Below are positions 40,833 through 53,620 of a stretch of DNA of 64,000 nt, in pieces. Both the position numbers and the translations under genes were made by a program. Numbering within the stretch: position 1 is the first letter of the stretch; the number at the start of each line of letters is the position of its first letter. The stretch is from Nymphaea colorata (lineage: Eukaryota): contig NC_045138.2 of NCBI RefSeq assembly GCF_008831285.2, positions 17,174,001-17,238,000 of the forward strand, written 5' to 3'. The notes below the pieces were generated by a model that was not told where the DNA came from, did not search any database, and worked only from the letters and a program-made list of their open reading frames with translations.

Positions 40833-41227
40833 TAGGGATATACAATGAGTAGAATCAACTCGGGATCAACTCCAACTCACCAGTGTAAGCTCGAGCTTGA
40901 GTTAAAGCTCGAGTTATAAATGACTCGAGTTCGAGTTACACAAGCTTGACTCGGCTCATGTCTTCCCTATATACTAATTTTCAGGGGCATATTGGTATTT
41001 TTTATAAATATATTAACACCCTTTTTGTGGTTTTCATTTTCATTTTCATTTAAAGAAAAAATATATATGAATCAAGTGACACAAGCTTAAACAAGTCGAG
41101 CTATGGCTCGAACTCCCTTTACCAAATCGAACTCGAGCTAATATCATAAAGCTCTACTCGAGCTTGAGCCAAATAAATTAATAATATGTGACAAGTTCAA
41201 GCTTGTCTTGACTGCTGTATGAACCAA
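40833..41227. mobile_element. GAGCTCGA-rich MITE
   Basis: Starts TAGGGATATACA; flanked by ctatcatg/atatcatg (8-bp TSD-like). Confidence 0.65.
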
Positions 41228-43040
41228 ATATCATGGTTACCAAAGAAAAGGAATCCGAATTTTCAGAAAGTTCAGACACCAAAGCCAGTTACCCTATAAA
41301 AAGTGAAAGGAACTTGCCCTAAATTCTGGTGGCACCAACGCGCATGAAATCATGAAGCCCCTTTTTGCAGGACAAAAACGAACCAGTTCTCAGTTGCCTT
41401 TCTCTGATTTCACAAGACATTTTCCCACTCCCAAGGAGTAAAAAGGACACCGTACCTTTCATTCCACAAGTCCATCCATCATCATAAGGGCCGATGGCTA
41501 CAGTAATTTTTCCCTTTCCCTACAAGTAAGCTCCGGTCTCATGGACAGGGGACACCATGTTTTGCTCACAGGTTGCCAAACTGGAAGAAAGGTTGCCCAA
41601 CTGGAGAAAGTTCAGCTCCTTTTACCAACCCTCCTGTGCCACATCTTCACCAAGTTAGAACGTTGTTTAACCAGCATTTTTTTTTTCCTCCTTGAATGGG
41701 CAAAATGAGGTTTTCTTGGGCTTTCAGAGCAGCTAGGCTCAAGTCTCACAAGCGATGTGCTTGTTGAAGGTATAGCAGAAGTCGAGCAGATACCCTCCGA
41801 AGGGATTTTACCAATATCACGAAGCTTTGCTCCTTCTTATATACCACAGGTCGAACATGTAGACGCCAGGGGTTTGACCACTAGTTTCTCTTTAAGTTTG
41901 TCCCAAACTAACTGAGGATACTAAAATAAAATGCACTTCAGGGATTGAAATGTTTAGCTAGATGGATGGAGCTGTCGCCAGCTTTGAAAAGGTAAAAATC
42001 GCTTCAGAGTGTGAAGCAACAAACTTCCCTGACAGAGTTGGTCACATGTTAGTGGCTCTCAATCCCTACAAGGCGTCCCTTTTCTCCTGCAAAACTTTAA
42101 ATAACAAGAAATCATGTTGGAACAAACTCGAGAAGATGCACAGCTTGTTAGTTAGCGGGTAGTTGAAGAATCACTCGGTAAATATGCTTGGAAAACATCA
42201 ACTTTGCCGGATAGACTTTTCCTCCCTAGAGAGTGAATTTTGTTCGTCGATTAGTGTCCTCATTTCCAGCCCTCCTCTTCCCCGTCACACGATCAAATAG
42301 AACTTTTCATGAGAACTTTAAATTTCATGTAAGACTGTTAAGTTGTCCCTTTGCTTTCACGGATAGCCGCAATCTTTTCCCATATGTTACTTAGACTTTT
42401 CATATGACTTTTCTTGTCATATTGAAGCATGCAGTCGATCCTATCTGCTAATTTCCGTCCGCAAAAACCCCTTCAACCACATAGAGCAAGCAATAATCGG
42501 ACATTCTTTCTGCTACATTCTTATATACAGAAATATTCTCGTGCTGAGATGCAACATAGTTCCATATACCTCTCAATTACATAGTACAATGGCCGGCAAC
42601 ACCTTTCATTCGCATAGCCAGTTTTTTATTCTTAGTAATGTATTCGATGGATGACATGTTTCTATAAAGATTATACACTTGTAATAATGAACTTGCTCCG
42701 ACGCAAGCTCAAAACTAAGAATCAAGAAGAAAAAAAAAATAACAATGGCTACGAGATGCTGCCATCTCATTGGTATCAGCTGGTTACCATGCTCCTCCAA
42801 CTTTCAGTAATTCCTCCTCAATAGAAGTGCATTTAAGCCACTTTTATGTGGCTGAACGGTAACAACAACGACGTTGACCTCCAAAGAAGAAGTTTGACTT
42901 TTTATAGATAGTAACTGCACTTTATCGATGCCCTGTTGCATATTTTCAACCAGAGCAGAACATGCTGCATAAAGAGCCTTCGCTTCTCTTTGGCGCCACA
43001 AGGTCAGGAGGGCTCCACTAGGGCAGAAGGTGCTTCGACG

Positions 43041-46000
43041 TCAACTCCCAACCAGACCTTTGTATCGAGCATATGAAACGATAAGGGAGAACAGCAACAA
43101 ACAACCAACTCCAGAAAGGATAACCACCTATTAAATGCACAATATGATTAACATTGTCGAAAAGCAAAAAAAGTACAAAAAAACTGATAATAGAACTTGG
43201 CAGTTTACCCATTTGAACATATAGCCATGATCATCGTTCCATGTATAAGGGATATTCATGCCGAAAATTCCAGCAACCAATGAATATACGGAAAGGCAAA
43301 CCGTGCCAGAACTTAGGAAGAGCTCCAGCTGCCATCAATACAACAGAGGCAATTTGAGAATATGATACACTAATCCACCAAAACGAATGATCATATAAAA
43401 AGAGCCACAAAGCAAATGTGAATTGACAAAGTCAAATTGGTTTCTTTAAGCACTGGTAACAGGTATATTTCTTTATTATAAAATGATGTGACATGGGTAC
43501 TTCCAATGATCCACGTCATGCAAGCACTTTTGGGTGTAATTGCTGGGAGCTTCTAGGAACTGCCATAATATCCAGGCTATATTTTATTATACATTGCACA
43601 CACTTTATATGCATATGCTTTTTTAGACATATTTCAATGTTATCCAATGCCGTTAAACCATCACAACCAGATGTCACTTTATCCCTTTCTGAAAAATAAT
43701 TGCTTAAATACAATGTATGAAACATAGACGATGCAAACATGTAGACAGTTATATCAGATGATAGAGGTACTCAAAGCAATCACCTGAATCAGCTGGTTCC
43801 GATGATTATCAAGCTGGAAAACATGGCAAAGAGAAGGTTTAGTCTGGAGACTTGCATGGTCAAGACAAAGGCCATTAAGACAGCCAATTACCTGGATGTT
43901 GATGTAGTCTTCTGTATCATCGATGTATTCACGCAGCTGCGACGTACAATGGAAAATTGTGCGTTACACATGAACATAAGTGATGGAGATGATACATGAT
44001 ATAAGCCTTGAAAATATATTATTTAGCAAGAAACAAGTCTCTTAAACAAAACTCCCCAAAGTTGTTCATAGAAGCTGAAGGAAACAATGCCATCGGCCCA
44101 TCGCTACTTATTTAACAAAAATTAGTTTAGCTACTCTATGGTGCTTTCCACCTTCCAAGCTCAGTCATGCCTTAAACTCTCAAAATAGTCGAAGACTGAA
44201 AGCTGTAGAGATTTTTCCTTTTTCCTCTTTCATAATTGAGCTTACAGATCTAGCTTTGACATAAGCATATGATCTCAAAAGGGCCATTCTGAAGAGGATT
44301 ACTACTTAAAAATATACTAATAACCTCAGAATCGTCTAAAGTGTAACAGCCCATTCCTTCTGTGTTCTTTTTCTCCACCGTCAACTATTTTTGACATGCA
44401 AGAACATCATGCAAGTAAGAAACTCATTCTACATTCTTTGTGCATGCCATGAAGCAAGACGGTTAGCCAGAACAGTTTTTCAAAACGTCAGATTCCCAAC
44501 TTGATTATTGGAACACAAGTAAGCAGAGATGAAGCAGATGGGCCAACTTATAAATAGTAAACTCCAAGTCTTTAAGTCCAAGAATGAAAGCAATCAAGAG
44601 CAATGGAGCACAACTTTATTCACAATGCACAAATAATCAACCTACCACCTTTTTTTCATATCTTGACAGGCAAAACTTTGCTGACCTAACAATTGGCCAT
44701 CACAGAAAAGAAACTTTATAAGGAAATGGCTTATCAGTGATAAGATAGGTTCTTGATTCCATTACATTATCAGGCTCACAAAAAGCCAACAAGACTTTGG
44801 CAAGTTGAGAATCGATGTAGGCTGTCAAAAAATTGATAAAACAAAAAAAATTGATAAAGGAAATATAATTATACTCTTTGCTCCTGGCTAGACAAGATGT
44901 TCCTGCTGTTCCCAGCCTTCATTAGAAAGCACCAAAAAGTAAAGGAACAATAACTAAGACACATACATGCACACACACATTCACATATACAAATCCAAGA
45001 AACAAACTGGCATGTGCATGGGCATTTTATTCTACTTGTTAGTTATTACAGGAGTAGTGCTCACCGTGGTAAGCCTGTTAAGTGTGCCATCAATCTGCAT
45101 AAAGTATGCCTGCAAATGGCCAGATTTTTTGTTTAAACAACACAAGGAATTGAAAAGAGAAAAAGAAATTCAACATATGGATTGATTTTCTTTTAAACCA
45201 CAAAAAGGGATTGGAAAAGAAAAAATAATGCAACAACTTTTGACCTCGAGTAACATCTCAAGCTCCTCAATATCATTTTCATTCCCATGAACCGTTGCAG
45301 CACTAACACGGCTAGCCCTAGATATTTTCGAAGCAATTGTAGGAGAAGCAGGAAACCAGTTTGGTGCACCGGAGCCACTGATGGGAGAAGTTGCACCAGC
45401 TGATTTCCTTGTTAAATAAAGATCTGCCATATCATCATCATCATCCAATAGTTGTTCAAGTTCATCTCTGACCTGTGAACAAAAAGCATTGGGTAGTGGA
45501 CAGAAGCTTGTAAGGGGAGAAAGTTCACTCCAAAGGAGATAGAAATCAAAGCATGAAAGCCATGTGATTCATAATTTTGAGACTAGTATTACATGAAATT
45601 CTAATTTTTCATCTAAAACTAATCTCTGGAATAAACAAAATAGCCAAGAGCCTGACCAAGTCTATTCTTGAAAATTCATCTTCAGCATCCCAGTTGATGC
45701 AAAAAGACACAAGCTTCAGGACTGCAAACCTAACCCCAAAGGAGTGGACAACAGAAACACCATTAGCAAACACCACACCTTTAATCCCACCTATCAATGC
45801 CATTCATGATTACATTCTCTTAGCCCTTGTATAAAGCTCTTTGGGTTCCAAAATCTCAAGTAGTCTAACTAGTCATTTGAGTCGGATACTGACCGACCCG
45901 CTAAGCCACATGGGTGCCAGTACAGATGTAGGTGTAAGTACAGCAGTGCAGGTGTGCAAATTGTAAAAATATGGGTACAGAGGTATGGGAAGGCATAGAT

Positions 46001-49000
46001 ATAAATTAAAATTAGACATTTAGTTTTCATGTTGTTGCTTATTTTGTAATATACCTGTGCTTTATAGACTCAGTAAAAGTTGAGGATGCTTAAGAAAAAT
46101 TTTAAACAGTTAATAGAAAGGGAAGTTTAAAGGTGATGAAAGGAAGTAAATCCTTCCCTCCCCAAACTCTCTCTTTCTCTCTCTTTTGAGTCAGCTGACA
46201 CTGTCGAGGTATCTTTAAAAGCTTCTAACATTTACATTTTGGATCAGGTCTAACCCAAACCCAATCCAAAATATAGCCAATTGCCCTGTCGCACCCTGTC
46301 TCTGAAAGGGCATACCTACATGAGTACGGCAGGGTAAACCTTGTACCCATGTTACTTAGCCAACCAGTGTTTCAAACCGGTGACTAGTTGGTCCGACTAG
46401 TTAACTAATCAGCCTACTAGTTGGTCATCCAATTAATTCATGAAATATAGATATGTGCATTTTTAGTTGGATATATATATTTTTCTGCACTTAAGCAAAA
46501 GCATATAAGATTATGTATTTATAGTCAATCAACTTGGACCAACGAATCCCAATCAGCCATTTTGGGGTCTTGAATAGCTTGGGTCCGACTTCCGATTTTG
46601 ACAACTTAGCATAGGATGTATTGACTACCAATTATCACAAATGCTGTGAAAATCAATTAAACTTCCATAGCGTTTCAAGTTTTAGCTCCTCCATAGAACT
46701 CCTAGTTACATAAAACTGACATGAAACATGGCCACACCTAAAGGTGATTTGAACAATGAAGACAACCTTACATTTCAAATTCTCACCTAATATTAGATTC
46801 AAAATACTTTGATCATAATATACAAATATTCTTGGCTTTATAGTATGAATATGAACCTTTCATTTTCCGCATTTGCTTTGCTGAATCCTATTGTGGCCAC
46901 ACCTAAAGGTGATTTGAAAAATGAAGACAACCTTACATTTCTAATTCTCACCTAATATTAGCTTCAAAATGCTTTGATTATAGTATAGAAATATTATTGG
47001 CTTTATAGTATGAATATGATACTTGATTTTCTGCATTTGCTTTGTTGAATCTTACTCTGAATCTGTCATTAACAACAAGAGATTTGTTAGGAGTTACAGG
47101 AAGCATCAGGTGGAAGATAGACCTACAGTTGACAGAAATGAAGAGCTCCTAAGCTTCAAGTGATTTGTTAGGGAGAGACAAAGTCACAAAAGGAACTTAA
47201 GCTTCTTTTTCTAAATGCAATTTTACTTACCAACAATATCTTAATCAGAACAGTAAGTTAACTACAGTCTATCTTGGGGTTCAAACGTTAGTCACATATT
47301 GCATCCTTTGCCAGAAATAGAGGGAGAAAAAGAGAGAAAGAGATCTGAAAAAATGTTGAAATCCAAAAGTTCCTTCTATTCATCAAGAAAAACCTTAACA
47401 CCAGCAACTCAGGAGCCTATGACCTAAAGATTTAATCATCATTTATTGAGAACGAGAAAAAACCTTTTGAACACGACCAGTCAACCTTGTCATAGCACTC
47501 TTCAACTTCCTCACACGGTCCAAGTTCCGGCTGCTAATCTGCACAAAATCATATCCATTGGCTTTGAGAGTGCAAATAAGAAAATCAAGAACTTTTCAGT
47601 GGAATCTTCTTTAGATAGGAATAGATGGTTTCTCCATCATGAAGTAACAAAATGATACTGATTGGCTTCCACAGTGCAACTAAGAATACCAAGATGTCCA
47701 CACTGGAATTTTCTTTAGGTAGGAATAGACAGTTTCTCTGTCATGAACTAGGATGAAATGATACCCACTGGCTTAACGAGTACAAATGAGAAAATCAAGA
47801 ACTCCATACTGGAATCTTCTTTAGATAGGAATAGACAGTTTCCCCATCATGAAGTAGGAAAAAATGATACCCATTAGCTTCCACTGCACAAATGAGAAAG
47901 CCAAGTATTCCATTACTGGAACCTTCTTTAGATAGGATTAGACAGTTTTCTCCATCATAAAGTGGAACAAGAAATTGGTTGAGAATGGAGACATAATTCA
48001 CGTCTTTCTAGACCAGAAGTCTCAACAACATGGGTCAAGAAAGGTGCTGATGGCTGAACTGGAAAAGTTGGTGGCTTCTAAGCTCTATTATATTCTTCCC
48101 AAAATGTATAAATTAGCCCATGTTCAACAAAACAAAACACAGTGTCATAAATTTTCCTTCTCATCCGGAACATGAATCTTGAACATCTTACAAGCAAATG
48201 CCCATAAAATATACAAGAAAATGCATATGTGTGTGTGTGTGTGTGTGTGTGTGGAAACTAAAGCTTCATTGACATGTATCTCTGAACTGGATTCTAACAG
48301 CTACCAATCCTAATAATGCTGACTACTGTGTCTATATCTCCTCTCCCCTTCCTGTTAAATCATGTTTAACAAGGAAGAAGACTAAAGAGATAGACTAGGA
48401 AGTCAGGATGTCAGGATGTTTTTAGTTGATAAGATCTAGTGTACTCACGCACACACACAAACACATATACTAGGCCCTGACGACCAACAAAGCAAGTTAA
48501 ATTTTGCAGGAGAATCGACAAACCTTGGATGTTAGCTCATCTAAGGCAGGGTAAGCAGCAGTTTCCAGTTCTGTTGTGCGTGCATCAAGGAAGCTGCAGA
48601 TACCTTCTAGTGCAACCTCTAAAGCTCGGAATTCAAATGGAGGTTCTACAATTCAGGATCCAAAATTATCAGGGACTCGTATGCCACATGTGTGTGCAAA
48701 GTTCTTAATGCTCAATGATAACTCCTTGCATCCAAAAATCAGAAGAGGCAAATGAAAAATAATTTCAAGGTCAACAATCATGCATGAACTAATATATACA
48801 AAGAGGGCTATTTCCTCGAGCAAATGGAGTTTGCACTTTGCACACTATTATAACTTTGGATTTTTGTGTTATTTTAGGCTGTTCAGTATTTGACTTTATG
48901 GATGTGACCCAGTGCAGGTTTTCTAGTAGGAACCTATTTTAGGTCACCAACTTTACAACACATACGTAGGCATTCAGAGGACTTAAGAAGTTGGTGGATT

Positions 49001-51176
49001 TAGTTTTCATGATAGGTTTGCGGTATATTTAGGTCTTAAAAAATAACACTAGCTCATTTCCAAGAGTCTATTTCTATTTTCTAGCAAAAGGGTCTACAAG
49101 AACCTTTGTAGGAACTTGTTTCGGGGATAAACTCTCAAACATGTAAAACCAAGACTGCCCATAACATAATGATGGTGCCACGTGGATTTGGATCATGTTT
49201 TAAAATGTTAGCATTTCGCTCTTCAAAGTTGAGCTAAAAAGCACGATTGGTTTTTCCACCAACCTCAATGTCCAGGAACTGTCACTATTTGATCTGGCTT
49301 TCTCAAACTTTAATATCTTACACGTTCAAGAACTGTAAGTCCTTGATTTTTGGATTTCTCAAACTTTGGATATCATAATGTACTAAAAAAATCAATTTCA
49401 ATACAACTGTCCCCGTGTATGTGCATGGGGGGATCACGTTTTGGAGCATGTTTTAAGATGTTATCATATCCCACATCAAAGTTGAGTTAAAAACATGATT
49501 GATTTTTCACCAACCTCCATGTTCAGGAACTGTGAGTATTTGATTTTTGGCTTTCTCAAACATTCAATATCATGCATGAATATATATTCAGCAATTCTAG
49601 TCCTTGATTTTTGGCTTTCTCAAACATTCAATATGATTGCATGAATACATGCAATGCTAGTCCTTGATTTTTGGCTTTCTCAGTTTGATTTTTGGCTTTC
49701 TTAGACTTTGACTATTGGAATGCACCTGAAGTGATTAACAGATGAATCAATTTCAACAGACATGCTTGGTTAAATGAGCCTAGATCTAACAGCTGATGTT
49801 GCAAAACAAGAGTTCCCACCACCATATTGTGTTAGAAACCACCATATAGTTTCCCATACATATTACGAGCATTGGATTTGTAACGGTTACCAAGTTATGG
49901 CAAGGAGTACAGGAAAAAGCAGAAAAATGAAAGCAGAGATATAACAAGAAATGGGAGAGAAAACCAACACCAAATACGTACCTTTTAGCATGGGTTATTC
50001 AAATATGAAGGACAAACAAATAAAACAAAAAGTAGTTGCACGCAAGATAGCCACATAATTCAACCTAAGACCATGCAGCCAACGAATAACAAATAACTAA
50101 ATGGAAAGAAAGATGGAATACGGACCATCTTCTTCACCAGCATCCATGTCATGTTGCCCGTTCACGTGCTCTTTCCCCTCCCCATTTGGTTGGACTATAT
50201 TCCCTGGGGGCAGCCTCCTTCGGAGCTCCTCAACTACGGGAATAACATTGTCATCCATGGGATCTCTAAGCAAAACCTGGGCCCAAAAAATAAACCAATA
50301 ACGATGAAGAAATGAATTAGAACAACAATCTCACAAGAAATTGTCAACATCAAATTTTAGATAAATAATTGAGAAGAAAAGGACTCCTAAGAACCGAGGA
50401 CTCACCTCTTCTGAAGTAATAATAGCCTTGATATGCTGACAAAAAAAAAAGCCCAGAAACACAAAAAAGGAAAAAAAAAAAAAAACTATCATTAGCAATC
50501 AAACACTTTCAGATTAAAGGTGCCTGTAAGCGGAAACAGAAGCAAAAGGCAGTCGAATATAAGATAACAGACTACACAATACAAGAAGAAGGATATAAAA
50601 GCCAAATTCAGAAAATTCACACGAAACAATAAGATCGACCAATTATTCTATTAAAAGGAAAAGGACGAAGAAACCAAATTAAAGGTACAGTAAACCCTTA
50701 ATAACTCATAAAAACAACAACAACAAGGAATCATCACATCGAGAACAACCAATAGTAAGGATGCCAATTCAGGCGAACAGCATTTATATATCAATTGAAC
50801 CAAACTAAAGACCTCACAATTAATCAATCTGAAGCCTTCATCACCTCAATTCAATAGACATGCGCGAAGGAAATGATCTAAAAATTCAAACCTCGAGATT
50901 GAGGACGATTGCCCGCTCGCGACCGAGGATTGTTGACGGGTATGACAGCAAGGGATCGAGGATCCGTAGGTCCCGGGCATGAATTTGCACGCGGTGCATT
51001 ATGGCGTACTTGTCGACATCAAGGATCGTGCCCTCGCCCGTGCAGTCCATCACGATCCAGCTCCGAGACGCCGCTGCCTTCTTCTTGAGTCCGCCCTGCG
51101 AATCAGCGACCACGAGCGACGCCTCCCTCCCATTCCTCTCCCCGGAGCCACCGCCCGAGTCGCCAACCCGGTCCAT
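43041..51176 (-). CDS. MRS2: MRS2/MGT (CorA-like) magnesium transporter, ~405 aa. Exons 50892-51176, 50406-50435, 50126-50276, 48524-48645, 47464-47538, 45245-45472, 45065-45109, 43892-43936, 43784-43813, 43209-43328, 43041-43127.
   Basis: [99 protein letters not shown] motif; C-terminal TM helix. All junctions are GT-AG and in frame. Confidence 0.96.
45901..46359. mobile_element. Probable MITE in an MRS2 intron
   Basis: Imperfect TIRs ctaagccacatgggtgc / gtacccatgttacttag; degenerate 8-bp TSD ccgacccg/ccaaccag. Confidence 0.5.
46729..47052. repeat. ~165-bp tandem duplication in an MRS2 intron
   Basis: tggccacacctaaaggtgatttgaa...gcatttgctttg(c/t)tgaatc x2. Confidence 0.9.
47548..47965. repeat. 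~105-bp degenerate tandem repeat (about 4 units) just upstream of an MRS2 acceptor
   Basis: ctggaatcttctttagataggaatagacagtttc...catcatgaagta recurs at ~47600, 47702, 47808 and 47916. Confidence 0.85.
49180..49705. repeat. Complex direct repeats in an MRS2 intron
   Basis: tcaaagttgag..aaaa..ca.gattg...accaacctc.atgt.caggaactgt occurs twice; gatttttggctttctc occurs several times. Confidence 0.75.
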
Positions 51177-51381
51177 CACATCTCCGACCGAAGACCCTGA
51201 GCTAGGAGAACACCGGAATTTATGGATCCGGAAGGGGTCGGCCCCAAAACCCTACAATCCGCCGGAGGAACGAACCCTAGTCGCCGGAATCGTAACGGGA
51301 AGGCGAATTTAAGGCCGACGGAATCAAGGATAAAGGCTGCGGCAGTCGCCATCGGGAGGGGAGGGCCTCTGGTGGAGGGAG

Positions 51382-51390
51382 CTTATAAAG
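51382..51390 (-). promoter_or_regulatory. Putative TATA box of MRS2 (CTTTATAAG)
   Basis: Lies ~205 bp upstream of the ATG, immediately before a pyrimidine/GC-rich 5' UTR-like stretch. Confidence 0.5.
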
Positions 51391-53042
51391 TGAGAAATTA
51401 CAAAACTAGCCTCATTTCTTTCCGAATTCATAATTTTTCGTCAGCCGATTCAATTTTAGCTGCCGTAACATGAAACGGCCCGAAATGGTTCATACTATTT
51501 TTTATTTACCAACAAATCGCAGTGAAAATCTCCTCCTTAGAAAAACCTTTTGAGATAAAATCTGGTGAATTTCATATTTTCTGCGGAAACCTTTTGAGGG
51601 AAAAAAAATGGCATATGTTGCATTAAAAGAACATATATAAAAATTAAAAACCAAAATTCAAGTCTCTCTATTTAATCAAATGTCATGAATTTTTTTTAAA
51701 AAAAAAAATTGACCTGACCTCGTCTCAGGCAATTGTGCTAGACAATTTTCATGTTGTTGAGGGTATTTAGGTAATTTTACGAACTTAACTTTTATTTTTT
51801 TAGACCCTTTACTTGGGGAGAACAGAGGAGTTGGCGGGAGTCATTTTCACACGTGAGTCTGCAGAGCCCCACATTTATCACGCGTGCGGGGTTGCGTTGG
51901 CGCTGTGCGAGTGCTAAATGACCGCTTTACTTCTAATCTTTCTTTTTATTACCTAAACTCCCCGACACCTTTCGGATCCGATTTGGATGCATTGCTTACC
52001 AGATCGAACCCAATCGGATCTCTGGGCCTTAATCAGATTTGAAGTCACACTCGGACAGCCTTAGGCTTTACTTTTTAGGCATTGGTTGTCTTGGACAATT
52101 TGTTTATTAGGGTATTGTGTCCTCCGTTCATTTGCTTATCATGTCTCGATCATTTCATTATGCATTTGAAGGATCTCAAATTATTGGAAAATTAATGTCC
52201 CCGGGATAAAATTGTCCGACTTTACCACTAGGTTAAACTATGGGCACAATATAAAACGCGTTAAAAAGTCGATCCCTTTAGGCCTTAATTCGAATCGCAA
52301 ATTATCTTTACCTAAGTTGCATGTCTGTACCAAGTAAAGATTAGGTCACACCTGTTTCACTTTTATATTTACCGTAAGCACTAAAGATGTTAGTAATTTG
52401 GCACGACTAAAGTTATGAATATGTTTATATATTACAAGTTCAAAGTAAATGGAATTAGGAGATTACATCTGAGTAGAGTCCATCCCCATAAAACAGGCTT
52501 GAGCTCGACTCCTTTAATTCGTTTTTGTTGAGTTTGACTTATTTATTTTAAGTTGTTAATTCGTTTAACTCATTTAACTTGTATAATTGATATTCGTTTA
52601 ATTATTTTTTCATTGCATTTTATCACAAATTTAATTTAAATGGGTTTATTTTATAATTCAAAATCAAGTTGTTTAACATTTTAAAACTCGAGCTCAATTC
52701 ATTTTGACTATAGGGTTTGAGTCCAACTTAAACTGACTCAAATAATGAACAATTTATTGCCAAGTAGTCAATCATCTCTGGGAGTGCTGTTTCTAGTTGA
52801 TTTGATTTGACTTCGAATGAAATAAATTTATTAAGACAAGGCGCTTCTGGTGTCACGTCAACTTGCCAAAATAGAAAAAAAAAAGGCTAGCAAAAAGTGT
52901 CGCCTCAGCGGCATTAAAAGAAAAAAGAACGTTCGGGTCCTGGTGTGACATGTTGACCAATAGAGAACTCCGAAGTCTGGGTACATATGATACCTGCTCC
53001 ATTTCCTTTTGAAATCTGATATTTCTTTAGTATGTTAGGACT

Positions 53043-53620
53043 TGTCACAATCTCATTGAATACTTATTTCAAGTCATAACTGGATGAACCATTGGCGAAG
53101 AAAAAAATCTCGGCAATAAAATGGAGAAAAGACAACAAATTTTTAAAAAATAAATAAAAAATCCTAACAATTATATAATAATAAAATAAATGAGAAATTA
53201 AAAAAACATTAGAAAATAGCGAGATAAGCAACAAATTAATTTTAGGTACACCTCTCAAACCAACTTAAAAATGTAGAGAAGTTAACTCCATTTTTGTGTT
53301 TAAAAGACGTTTTTGTCATTAAAAAGAGCATCCAAATTAAAAAAAACCAATTTTTTCATAAATATTACACGGGTGCCATATTCAAAAAGATGTTTTTGCC
53401 GGGTCCAAGTTAAAAAAAACCTATTCTTTTACAAATATTAAACGCGTGCCATTTTTTTAAAAAAATATAAAAAAATGTATAAGACGCGTTTAGTACACGT
53501 CTTTTATTTTTTACCTTTTTTTTAAAAAAAAACGAGTTATATTCCTGTTTTATACGAGAATGTCGTTTTTAACGTTTAATACGCGTTATTTTTAAAATAA
53601 TAACGCCGTTTTTTGTGACA
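53043..53620. mobile_element. AT-rich MITE-like element with TGTCACAA...TTGTGACA termini; related sequence at ~60550-60879
   Basis: Short terminal inverted repeats and internal acgcgt motifs shared between the two copies. Confidence 0.5.

Noticed and set aside
41570..41610. miR399 / IPS1-mimic-like sequence (TGCCAAA...GTTGCCC)
   Set aside because: It arises from a 20-bp tandem duplication and has about 7 extra nucleotides, including in the 5' pairing region.
41810..41821. CGTGATATTGGT on the minus strand, resembling the start of miR479/miR171*
   Set aside because: Only 12 nt match and there is no complementary arm.
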